NCBI GenBank assembly: GCA_963803925.1
Contig: CAWDOM010000008.1
Coordinates: 85,154-149,153 of the forward strand
Origin: an uncultured Actinomycetota bacterium
GTDB taxonomy: Bacteria > Actinomycetota > Thermoleophilia > RBG-16-64-13
Length of the DNA: 64,000 nucleotides
Direction of reading: 5' to 3'
Positions 45,480 to 54,660 of the stretch are shown here, one piece after another. Numbering within the stretch: the first letter of the stretch is position 1; each line of letters begins with the position of its first letter. The translations under genes were made by a program, and so were the position numbers. The notes beneath the pieces are model-generated. The model searched no databases, was not told the origin of the DNA, and saw only the letters and a list, made by a program, of their open reading frames with translations.

Positions 45480-47485
45480 GTGGCGCGGCACACGCCGGGG
45501 CGCAGCCGCTCCGATCGGCGAAGAGCGCAGCTTGCGCGCGCCGGACTGATCCCGGCGGGCGACCCCACCGGACGCTCGGCCAGCATCGCCGGAGTCGTGG
45601 TTCGGCGGGGCAAGAGCATGGAAGTGGAACCGCTGTTCCAACCCATCACCACCCTGCCCCTGGAGCGCGGACCGATCAAGCCGCAACCCGGCGATCTGGT
45701 GCTCTTCACGTTCGCGTTCGGTTTCAAGGCGAGCATCGTCAAGGCCATCGGCAAGAGCAACGTGCTCGCCGACGTTATGGAAGCCCTCCTTGCCGACGGT
45801 CTCGTGCAGCGCGGATTTGGTCCCAAAGTGCTCGAGGACGCGGCGAAGGCCGCCGAATCGCAAGACGTGGTCGATCCGCGGCGCGCCGACCTGCGGCACC
45901 TGTGCACGTTCACGGTCGATCCGGTGATGGCGCAGGATTTCGACGACGCTCTCTCGTTCGAACGCACTCCGGCCGGTACCACCCTTGCCTACGTACACAT
46001 CGCCGACGTCTCTTACTTCGTGCGAGAGCGGAGCGCACTCGACAAGGAGGCCCTGCGGCGCGGCAACTCGGTCTACGTCGCCACGGGCGCGGAGCCGATG
46101 CTTCCGCCGCAACTCTCGTCGGGTGTGTGCTCGCTGAGGCCGGAGGAGGATCGCAAGGCGGTCACGGTCGAGATGGAACTCACAGACGCCGGCGCGGTGT
46201 TGCACAGCCGTTTCTACCGCTCGCTCATACGCAGCGACAAGCGGCTCGACTACGAGCAGGTGGAACGCATGTGGCGGGGCGAGGAAGGCATGGACGCGGA
46301 TCTCGCGCAGCGAATGGAGTGGGGGCGGTCGCTTGCCAAGAAGCTGCGGGAACTGCGGCACGAGCGGGGGAGCCTGCAAATAGAGAGTCCCGAGCCCGAG
46401 TTCGAATGGAACGGTGAGGGCCAGGTCATCGGCGCCGACCCCAGCGAGGAACTCGAGAGCCACTGGTTCATCGAGAGCTTCATGGTGCTCGCCAACGAGC
46501 AGGTGGCGACGTTCTTGGAGAGCGAGAGGGTGCCGACCGTCTACCGCGTGCACGATCTGCCCGACCCCTTCAATCTGGAGAAGCTGCTCGACGTGCTGGC
46601 CAGCCTCGGCCTACCGACGCCTGCCTTCAACGCTCTGGCGGCGACGCCACAGGAGATCCGGCGGGTCATGCGCGAGACCGCGGCGTGGGTCGACCGCTTC
46701 ACGCCGGCGGGGAGAGGCAAGCAGGCCCTCGTGCAGCAGGTGCTGCGCTCGCAGGCCCGGGCGATCTACCACACGGCCAACATCGGCCACTTCGGTCTCG
46801 CCTCGCAGACCTACTGCCACTTCACGTCGCCCATCAGACGCTATCCCGACCTGTTGGTCCACCGGGGGCTGCTGGCCAAGCTGGAGCTGGGTCCGGCGCC
46901 TACGACCACCGCGCTCGGCGACTGGGCCGAGCACTGCTCGAAGACCGAGCGCGAAGCGTCCAAGATCGAACTCAAGGCCGACGACATAGTGCTCGCGCAC
47001 CTCCTGCGGCGCAAGCTCGACGCGGCAGGGTGGATCGAGACCGTCTTCGAAGGACAGATCGTGAGCCTGACCCGGCGGGGCATGTTCGTGCTCTTCGACC
47101 GCCTCTTCCAGGGATACCTGTCGACTCGTGAACTGCCTCGCGACGAGTACGACCTGAACGAACTCGAGACGGTGCTCGAGGGCCGTCGCACCGGAGCGAC
47201 CTTCCAGTTGGCCGATCTCGTGCAGGTACGGGTCGTCGCCATCGACGAGGCCCGGGGAGAGTCGACCTCGCGCTGGCCGACGAGGTGAAGCCCGGCGACG
47301 GCGGTCGAGATCAAGACCTCAGCGACCGCGGTCGCTCCGACGACCGGCGCGCCGGCGGCCGGGGCCGGGGCCGGGGCGGGGGGCAGGCGCCAAGCGGTCC
47401 GCACTCCGGGTCGCGCAAGAAGGGAGCGCCGCGGACGCGGTCGTCGAAGACGACTCGTCCGCCCCAATCTCGCCGGGGACGCTAG
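45480..47485 (+). CDS. rnr: RNase R / RNase II-family exoribonuclease, C-terminal basic tail out of frame as assembled
   Basis: RNB domain (TVDPVMAQDFDDALS, YVATGAEPMLP, HFGLASQTYCHFTSPIRRYPDLLVHR) and S1 domain (GQIVSLTRRGMFVLF). The main frame stops at 47288. The expected ...RG-R-VDLALADEVKPGDGG... and the Arg/Gly/Lys tail continue in ORF 47285..47485. Total length is 3n+2, consistent with one missing nt in the G-run at 47254-47257. Start is GTG 45480 or ATG 45618. Confidence 0.8.
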
Positions 47486-47594
47486 GAACTGCCGGAGACC
47501 GGATCCGTCCCGCGAGGAGCCGCCGGCGTTCTGAGGTCAGGTCGCCCTGGTACGATAGGAGCCGGTTACATCACTGCCGAAAGGTGATGCCTCT

Positions 47595-48638
47595 ATGAAG
47601 CGCGACATGAATGAATGGCTGCAGTCCATTCTCGAATCGGCTCCCACACGCCTGGCGATGCCTATCACGGGTTCCCCGGGCATGGATCTCATAGGCCAAC
47701 CCCTCAGCGGTCTCTACAGCAGCGGATCGGCGCAGTTCGAATCCATGCGCGCCGTGGGGGAGCGCTATCCCACGCTGGCCGTACTCACGGCGATGGACCT
47801 CTCCGTCGAGGCCGAGGCCTTCGGCAGTCCGGTGCGTTTCTCGGAGGGCGAGGCGCCCACGGTGGTCGGCACTGTCGCCACGGGAATGGAGGGCGTCGAG
47901 GCGCTGCAGGTGCCGCCAGTCGGCGCCGGTCGCACCGGCGAGTATCTCGAGGCCGCGCGTCTCGCGTCCGAGGGACTCGGTGGCAAGGTCGTGCTGGGCG
48001 GCGTTATCGGGCCGTTCTCGCTGGCCTGCAGGCTGTTCGACATGACCAAGTTGATGCTCACCCTGCGGCGCGACCCCGAGACGGCCGCCGCGCTCCTCGA
48101 GAAGTGCACCGAGTTTCTGATGGAGTACGCGGCGGCGTTCAAAGACGCGGGAGCGAACGGCGTCGTTGTGGCCGAACCGGCGGCCGGGCTGATCTCGCCC
48201 GCGCAGTGCCAACGGTTCTCCTCGGAATACATCAAGCGCATCGTCGATGCCACGCAGGACGACTCCTTCATCGTCGTGCTGCACAACTGCGGCAACACCG
48301 AGGTGCTGGTCAACGCGATGCTGTTCACGGGCAGCAAGGCACTCCACTTCGGCAACGTGGTCGACATGCTCGAGATCATGCCCCAACTTCCGAGTGACGT
48401 CGTCGCCTTCGGCAACGTCGACCCGCTCAAGGTCATGAAATTGGGCAGCGTCAGGGACGTGAAGGTCACCACGCTCGAATTGCTCGAGGAGATGTCGAAG
48501 TACAAGAATTTCGTTCTCTCCACGGGCTGCGAGGTGCCGCCGGGTGTTCCTCTCGCCAACCTCGACGCGTTCTACAAGACTCTCGCCGTCTACAACATGA
48601 CCCAGGAGATCCGCCACAAGTGGCTCTTCGATAGCTGA
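47595..48638 (+). CDS. Uroporphyrinogen-decarboxylase-family protein (MtaA/CmuA-like corrinoid methyltransferase type)
   Basis: 347 aa, URO-D fold pattern ...GPFSLACRLFDMTKLM...GANGVVVAEPAAGLISP...VLHNCGN...VLSTGCEVPPGVPLANL. Confidence 0.8.
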   Translation: MKRDMNEWLQSILESAPTRLAMPITGSPGMDLIGQPLSGLYSSGSAQFESMRAVGERYPTLAVLTAMDLSVEAEAFGSPVRFSEGEAPTVVGTVATGMEGVEALQVPPVGAGRTGEYLEAARLASEGLGGKVVLGGVIGPFSLACRLFDMTKLMLTLRRDPETAAALLEKCTEFLMEYAAAFKDAGANGVVVAEPAAGLISPAQCQRFSSEYIKRIVDATQDDSFIVVLHNCGNTEVLVNAMLFTGSKALHFGNVVDMLEIMPQLPSDVVAFGNVDPLKVMKLGSVRDVKVTTLELLEEMSKYKNFVLSTGCEVPPGVPLANLDAFYKTLAVYNMTQEIRHKWLFDS

Positions 48639-48648
48639 GGAGACAGAG

Positions 48649-49413
48649 ATGAGGCTAGCAAAGAAAGTAGTCGTGATCACCGGCGCGAGCTCGACCCTGG
48701 GAAGAGCGCTCACCATACTCTTCGCCACCGAAGGCGCGCGCGTGCTCGCCGTGGCAATGGGCACCAAGCGGCTCGAGGGCGTGGCCGCCCAAGCCGTCGA
48801 GTACGGAGGCGAGGTCGTGCCCATGGTCGGCGACATGCTGATCAAAGACCAGGTAGAGGGCATGATCGACGAGGCGGTGCGGCGTTTCGGCCGGATCGAC
48901 GTGCTCGTCAACAACGCCGGGCTCATGGACGATTTCAGCCCTGTGGGCGAGTTCGACGACGCCGTATTCGAGAAGGTCATGAAGCTCAATCTCGAGGCGC
49001 CGGCTTACGCGATGCGCCGTGCCATCAAGGAGTTCGAGAAAGAGGGTGGGGGCGTCATCATCAACATCGCCTCGGTGGGCGGCCTGTTCGGGAGCCGGGG
49101 TGGCGCGGCCTACACGGCCTCCAAGCACGGCCTCATAGGGCTGACGAAGAACACAGCCTACATGTACGCCAACAAGAACATCCGCTGCAACGCCATCTGC
49201 CCGGGCTCCATCAAGAAGGAGGTCGGCAGCCACGACTTCCTCGAAGAGTTCAACGAGGGCGGCAGGACCATCGCCATGAAAGGTCTTGGCTTGATGGATC
49301 GCCCCGGCGAATCTGAGGAGATCGCCGAGGTGGCGGTGTTTCTCGCCTCCGAGAGCGCGTCCTACATCAATGGCCAGGCCATCGTGGTCGACGGAGGGTG
49401 GACCTGCTACTGA
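48649..49413 (+). CDS. SDR-family oxidoreductase
   Basis: VVVITGASSTLGRA, NNAGL, and SVGG...YTASKHG catalytic motif. Confidence 0.9.
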   Translation: MRLAKKVVVITGASSTLGRALTILFATEGARVLAVAMGTKRLEGVAAQAVEYGGEVVPMVGDMLIKDQVEGMIDEAVRRFGRIDVLVNNAGLMDDFSPVGEFDDAVFEKVMKLNLEAPAYAMRRAIKEFEKEGGGVIINIASVGGLFGSRGGAAYTASKHGLIGLTKNTAYMYANKNIRCNAICPGSIKKEVGSHDFLEEFNEGGRTIAMKGLGLMDRPGESEEIAEVAVFLASESASYINGQAIVVDGGWTCY

Positions 49414-49548
49414 GCCCGGCGCGCCGCGTGTGGTCGTGACGCTGCGCCGCGCCGCGCCGCGACGGCGTGCGCGTGGGCCGTCCCCGGTCCGGAGCGCCGC
49501 CTGCTGCGGGCGGCCCGGCGCCGCCGGTCCGCTATACTCCCCGGCACC

Positions 49549-50019
49549 ATGAAGCCCACCGGCACAAAGCTCATCGCTCAGAACAAGAAGGCCTACCACG
49601 ACTACTTCATCGAAGAGACGTTGGAGGCCGGCATCGCGCTCACCGGCACCGAGGTCAAGTCCCTCCGGGCCGGCCGCGTCAACCTTCGCGACAGCTACGC
49701 GGCTGTGGAGAAGGGAGAGTTGTGGCTGATCAATGTCCACATCAGCCCCTACGAGCAGGGCAACATCTTCAACCACGACCCGCTGCGCAGGCGCAAGTTG
49801 CTCGTGCACGCGCGTGAGATCCGCCGGTTGTTCGGCAAGGTGCAGGTGGCCGGCTATACGCTGGTGCCCACGAAGATGTACTTCAAAGACGGCCGCGCCA
49901 AGATCGAGATCGGGCTGGCCAAGGGCAAGGCCCTCTACGACAAACGCGAGACCCTCGCCAAGAAGGAAGCCGAGCGCGACATGCAGCGCTCGTTCCGTCG
50001 CGCCGACCGCGACGACTGA
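49549..50019 (+). CDS. smpB: SsrA-binding protein
   Basis: 156 aa. [32 protein letters not shown]...[17 protein letters not shown]...[11 protein letters not shown]. Confidence 0.95.
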   Translation: MKPTGTKLIAQNKKAYHDYFIEETLEAGIALTGTEVKSLRAGRVNLRDSYAAVEKGELWLINVHISPYEQGNIFNHDPLRRRKLLVHAREIRRLFGKVQVAGYTLVPTKMYFKDGRAKIEIGLAKGKALYDKRETLAKKEAERDMQRSFRRADRDD

Positions 50020-50392
50020 CCCCTCGCGGGCCCGCCCCGCTGAGCCGGGGGGCCCGCCCCTCCACAGCCGGTCCCGGGCCGGCGCAACCAGCTGTCGCCG
50101 GTGCGGCGCACCGGGACTCCCGCGCAACGCAGCCGCACGGCCCCGGTCCAACGGGTCCCACCCTCGCCAACCCTCCGCCCTCGGAGGTTGCTGAAAGACG
50201 AAGTCCCGGCCGCCAGAACGCACTTGGCGGCGCGATGCTTCGTCCTCAGTCGCGCAAATAGCGCCGCTATTCAGGCTCCTTGCGTCCTTGCCTTGCGCGT
50301 GCCCGTCGCGCCCCGGCGGCGAAACGTCCTTTTTCAGCAGCCGGCTAGCGGCCCGCGGGCGACCAAGCTACTACCTTCGACCGACGGACCAG

Positions 50393-50431
50393 CCCTCTGA
50401 TTGTCATCACAATGTGTTGACAATCAGAGGG
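50393..50431. promoter_or_regulatory. 14-bp perfect inverted repeat overlapping a TTGACA -35 box: tacAT promoter/operator candidate
   Basis: CCCTCTGATTGTCA-(11 nt)-TGACAATCAGAGGG. The right arm contains TTGACA. It ends 24 nt before the tacA GTG, whose SD AAAGGAG lies at 50441-50447. Confidence 0.5.
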
Positions 50432-50455
50432 GTGGTCGGCAAAGGAGTGTGAAGC

Positions 50456-50728
50456 GTGAAGGACGAGCATCTCCACATGCGGGTGGACGGCGCGGAGAAG
50501 GCTCTGGTGCGACGTGCCGCGAAGGAGGCGGGCATGAGCGCAAGCCGGTTCATACTCATGGTGGCGGTGCGCGCCGCCGAGGAGGCGGTCTCGCGACAGA
50601 ACCGCTTCGTGGTCCCCGCGGGGCAGTGGGCGGAGTTCGTCGTGGCACTCGACGCCGCGGGAGCGGGTTCGGATCCGTCGTTGGAGTCGACCGCCGAATC
50701 CTGGCTCAGCAATAGAGATGGTTCGTGA
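50456..50728 (+). CDS. tacA: TacA-type (DUF1778) antitoxin
   Basis: 90 aa. LHMRVDGAEKALVRRAAKEAGMSASRFILMVAVRAAEEAV: the RHH-like DUF1778 pattern. Confidence 0.85.
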   Translation: MKDEHLHMRVDGAEKALVRRAAKEAGMSASRFILMVAVRAAEEAVSRQNRFVVPAGQWAEFVVALDAAGAGSDPSLESTAESWLSNRDGS

Positions 50729-51236
50729 GTCAATGGTAGGCCCCACGCCGCTCGACGAGACCCACGACGTGGAGTCGTTCGGCTGTTCGAGCGTGGCACT
50801 TGAACGGTATCTCCATCGGGAGGCCCTGGTCGATCAGGGATCCGCGAAGATCCGCACCTACGTGGTGAGCGAGGGCGCGCGGGTTGTCGCGTACCTGTGC
50901 ATCTTGGCGGGCGTCGTCGAAGCCGCACCATCACGTGAGCGCATCGCGCAACGCCGCCGGCGCCAGGCGGTGCCCGTGGTGGTTCTCAGCCGCATCGCCG
51001 TCGATAGAGAGTGGCAGCGAATGGGCATCGGGCGGGCGTTGGTGGAGTGGGCCGTTCGCCGGAGCGCCGGCGCCGCTCAGGTGATCGGCGCCCGGGCCCT
51101 CGTGACTACCGCGACGGACCATAGGACGCGATCATTCTTTGAGAACAATGGTTTTGAGCCGCTACCCGGCGACGTATACCGGTTCTTCGCGCCTCTCGGG
51201 GGTGGGGCCCTCGGGACGGGCCGGACTCCTGTATAA
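50718..51236 (+). CDS. tacT: TacT-type GNAT toxin (aminoacyl-tRNA acetyltransferase family)
   Basis: PLDETHDVESFGCSSVALERYLHREAL...VVLSRIAVDREWQRMGIGRALV...NGFEPL. Overlaps the tacA 3' end by 11 nt. Confidence 0.85.
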   Translation: MVRESMVGPTPLDETHDVESFGCSSVALERYLHREALVDQGSAKIRTYVVSEGARVVAYLCILAGVVEAAPSRERIAQRRRRQAVPVVVLSRIAVDREWQRMGIGRALVEWAVRRSAGAAQVIGARALVTTATDHRTRSFFENNGFEPLPGDVYRFFAPLGGGALGTGRTPV

Positions 51237-51286
51237 TTGCATCACTCAGTCAGCGCGGCGTCAGGAACCGCGCGTCTGGGTCTCGT

Positions 51287-51650
51287 GGGGGCGACATGGT
51301 TTCGACGGGGCTCATGTCTGAGTTTGGGTAGCGAGCCGAGATTCCAGCAGTTCTCGTTAAACAGGCTGGAAAAACACAATTGCCAAACCTGAATTGGCTC
51401 TGGCCGCTTAGTCTGAACAAGACTTAAGCGCCTGTCGCGCCTCCTAGGCCTGTCGTGGAGGGTCGTGGCATAAACCAGGCGGGCTTACTCCCGGCGAGGG
51501 CCGCCGGCGTCGGGGGGACATCAAGGTGGTTGGTCGGACGCACCCAGCTCCTACGGGGGCGCGAGACGAGAAACGTAGTAGGGGCTACGCTCGTAGACAC
51601 CTGGGCCAGACGGGTTTCGGACGGGGGTTCGATTCCCCCCGCCTCCACCA
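51287..51650 (+). ncRNA. ssrA: tmRNA (SsrA)
   Basis: The 5' GGGGGCGACATGGTTTCGACGGGG pairs with the 3' ...CGCCTCCACCA (acceptor stem with a G3:U pair). T-arm GGGGGTTCGATTCCCCC. An internal tag frame ends ...GCC AAA CCT GAA TTG GCT CTG GCC GCT TAG (AKPELALAA, stop 51409-51411). smpB lies upstream. Confidence 0.95.
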
Positions 51651-51661
51651 GAAGGGCTTGC

Positions 51662-53223
51662 TCAAGACCGGTCGGCCGGTGGCCGCGAGGCGCGCTCCGG
51701 CGGCTGGCGCCGGCGTGAGCGGCGGGGGCTTACGCCTCCGGTCATCTCTACCCGGTTCCTACCCTGTGCTTTGGCCGCGTAGAGGGCCTCATCCGCCAGC
51801 CGCATCACTCCGTCGGCGGGCTGCGCCCGGCGCGCGACTCCCCCGATGCTCGCCGTTACACAGATGCTCTGGCCATCTACGGTCACAGGCGAAGCCTCGA
51901 TCGCCGTTCTCACCCTCTCGAAGATGTGGGCCGCTTCGTCAGCATCGGCGCTCGTGACCACCAAAAGGAACTCCTCGCCACCGAAGCGGCCGAACACGTC
52001 GTAGGGTCGCAGGGCCCCGAGGGCCCGCGCGACGACCTCACACAATACGGCGTCGCCCGCGGGATGACCGTAGGTGTCGTTGATGTTCTTGAAGTGATCT
52101 ATGTCGAGCATGCCCACGGCGAGCGGGTCTCCATCGCGGTCAGAGCGGGCGAGTTCTTCCTCGAGGCGGGCGAGCACGGCACCGCGGTTGAGACACCCCG
52201 TGAGAGCATCGGTGCGCGCCTGCACGGCCAGCGCGTCGCGAGTGGCCCGCAGGTCTTCGTTGGCTTTCTGGAGGCGGCGGCTCGTTTCCTCGAGTTCGCG
52301 GTTGCGCGACTGGAGGTCCACCCTCGTTCTCTGCAGGTCCTGTTCGGCCTTCTTGCGCTCGCTGATGTCGCGGGCATAGACGAAGTCGTACTCCGCCGCC
52401 CCCTGGCGCACGTAGTTTCTTACTACCTCCACGGGGAACAGTTCACCGTCTTTCGTCACGTGGACCGACTCGGTGGTCAGGCATATCTCCCGCTTGAGGT
52501 CTTGCCAGCGAGACTCCCAGGCGGTGCGTGTGAGCACCGGATCGAGATCGAAGATGGTCATCGATAGGAGTTCTTCGCGGGAGTAGCCGTGGCGCTCACA
52601 GGTCGAATCGCTCACATACAGGAGATTGCCCTTGAAGTCCACCCAGTGGATGAGGTCGGCCGCGCGATCCACCGACACTTGGGTCAGGCGAAGAGCGGTC
52701 TCCATGCTCTTGCGTTCGGAGATGTCTTCGAACAGGGCGAAGAAGTAGCCGGGAGCGGGGCTCGAGATCGCCATGCGCAGCCACAGCGACAATGGGCGGA
52801 AGTCGATCTCGAGCATCTCTGAACCGTGACCGAGGCCACCCGGCTGCAGGCGGCGAAGAACTCCGGGCACGACTCGTGGATATCGGGGACGACCTCGGTC
52901 ATGGTCCGCCCGATCGCGTCGTGAAGACCGGTCAGGCGCACGTAGGCGGGGTTCACCTCGAGGTGCACCCAGTCGACCGGCCGGCCCTGCTGGTCGTAGA
53001 CCATGTGGCAGTAGGCGTAGCCGCTCATCATCGTCTCGAGCAGCAGCGAGGAGTCGGGAGCCCGCAGGGCGCTGATGCGCCTCGAGACATCGGCGTCGTA
53101 CGGGAGGCAGGACCGGCTCGCGCTCATCTTCGACCGCGCGGACGCCGCCACATGCTGGCCCTTCCGGCCGGAACTCATTTCGTTACCCACTAACTCACGA
53201 ATCGCCACTGCCACCTTCACCAT
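51662..53223 (-). CDS. PAS/PAS-coiled-coil-GGDEF diguanylate cyclase, frameshifted as assembled
   Basis: ORF 52684..53223 (PAS: ...YCHMVYDQQGRPVDWVHLEVNPAYVRLTG...ESCPEFFAACSRVASVT) continues as GSEMLEIDFRPLSLWLRMAISSPAPGYFFALFEDISERK... in ORF 51662..52870. That ORF ends with LTGCLNRGA...RFGGEEFLLV. Total length is 3n+2, consistent with one missing nt near 52824. Confidence 0.8.
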
Positions 53224-53430
53224 GTTCCGGCCCTCGAATGTCGTACGGGTCTGTCACTCATGGAATCGGCAGGCGCGAGGGCGGTCCGAATGGGACCTTG
53301 GGGCAATAGCCGGCCGCACCGCGTGTTGACTGAGCCGGTCTATCGCCCTACGATATGCCATTGCAGGGCGGCACCGGCGCGGCCGTTCGAGGCGTGAGCA
53401 ACGAGTCCAAAGACGGCAAGGAGTGTTTCC

Positions 53431-53823
53431 ATGCAAGAAGTGCACGATTTCCTCAAGGCGTGCAAGACGTACTATGTGGCTACCGTGGACGGCGACCAGC
53501 CCCGGGTCCGCCCGTTCGGCACGGTGCATATCTTCGACGACAAGCTCTACATCCAGACGGGCAAAGTCAAAGATGTCTCGCAGCAGATCGCCGCCAACCC
53601 CAAGATCGAGATCTGCGCGTGGGACGGCGAGCAGTGGATCAGGGTGCAGGCGACCGCCGTGAACGACGACCGTCTCGAAGCGAAGGTGAGCATGCTCGAG
53701 GCATACCCCTCGCTGAAGGGCAGATACTCGGCCGACGACGACAACATGCAGGTGTTCTATCTCCAGGACGCGGTCGCTACCTTCGCCTCCTTCACGGCCG
53801 CTCCGAGAGTCATAGCGTTCTGA
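53431..53823 (+). CDS. Pyridoxamine 5'-phosphate oxidase-family (FMN-binding split-barrel) protein
   Basis: 130 aa. MQEVHDFLKACKTYYVATVDGDQPRVRPFGTV...KLYIQTGKVKDVSQQIAANPKIEICAW. Confidence 0.85.
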   Translation: MQEVHDFLKACKTYYVATVDGDQPRVRPFGTVHIFDDKLYIQTGKVKDVSQQIAANPKIEICAWDGEQWIRVQATAVNDDRLEAKVSMLEAYPSLKGRYSADDDNMQVFYLQDAVATFASFTAAPRVIAF

Positions 53824-53903
53824 TCGTCGACCAGCGGCTGGAGAACCCGCGTAGCGGAGCACGGTGGTGTTGAGATCGCCCATCACGAGAACCCTGATGC
53901 TCT

Positions 53904-54476
53904 GTGGTCGTCGCCCTGGCCCTCACGTCGGCCGCTTGCGGCCCGGGTGAGGGGCCGGTCTCGAGCACAGCGGCGCCGAGGCCGGTCGTGGCTCCCACAC
54001 TGCCTGAGGTCATCCCCGGCTACGCGGAGGTCGACCCGGCCACCGGGCTGCACGTGACCGGGACTCCGCAGGCCGTCGACATCGGCTCGTACCGCCTCCG
54101 GGTGACCGGCAAGGTCGAGAACCAGCTCAGCCTGACGTACGATGAGCTGCGCGGCCTGCCGGCCGTGACGGCGGCTCCCATACTGATCTGCCCCGGGGAG
54201 TTCAACGATACGGCAGCGTGGACGGGGGTCCCGTTGAGCGCGGTGCTCGACATGGCTGTGGCGCAGCCGGGGGCGGTCAGCCTCGTCCTGACCGGCGCCG
54301 ACCAGTACACAACCACGATCAGCCTCGATGCCGCGCTCGAATCGGAGGGGTTTCTCGCCTACGAGCTCGAGGGGGAGACACTTCCCGCTCTCCACGGTTT
54401 CCCGCTGAGGGCCGTCTTTCCTGAGCGGTACGGGTCGTACTGGGTGAAGTGGCTGCTAGAGATCGAGGTGAGGTAG
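53904..54476 (+). CDS. Molybdopterin-binding oxidoreductase domain lipoprotein (sulfite-oxidase fold)
   Basis: Lipobox LTSAAC near the N-terminus. ...YRLRVTGKVENQLSLTYDELRGLP...WTGVPLSAVLD...LAYELEGETLPALHGFPLRAVFPERYGSYWVKWLLEIEV. The signal-peptide n-region appears to lie upstream in another frame (see findings). Confidence 0.75.
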   Translation: MVVALALTSAACGPGEGPVSSTAAPRPVVAPTLPEVIPGYAEVDPATGLHVTGTPQAVDIGSYRLRVTGKVENQLSLTYDELRGLPAVTAAPILICPGEFNDTAAWTGVPLSAVLDMAVAQPGAVSLVLTGADQYTTTISLDAALESEGFLAYELEGETLPALHGFPLRAVFPERYGSYWVKWLLEIEVR

Positions 54477-54660
54477 CCCTCTCGCGCGGGGGCCGGCCGC
54501 CCATAGTCGCGCGGTCCCCGGGCGGTTCGCCGAAGGCTTGCGGGCGTTCGCACCAAGCCCTATACTTCGGGTCGATCAGGCAGCCCTGCCCACTAGGCCG
54601 TTTCGTCGGTCTCGGCAAGGTGTAGCCGGGCATCAAGCAGTGGAGCGAAGGGTTGTGTGG

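Noticed and set aside
47568-47588. Hairpin CATCAC-N9-GTGATG covering the SD of the URO-D-family gene
   Set aside because: Only 6 bp with a 9-nt loop, too weak to argue for regulation without further evidence.
47571-50223. Long minus-strand ORFs 47571..48989 and 48655..50223
   Set aside because: They are antisense to the URO-D-family gene, the SDR gene and smpB, all of which have clear motifs. These are shadow ORFs.
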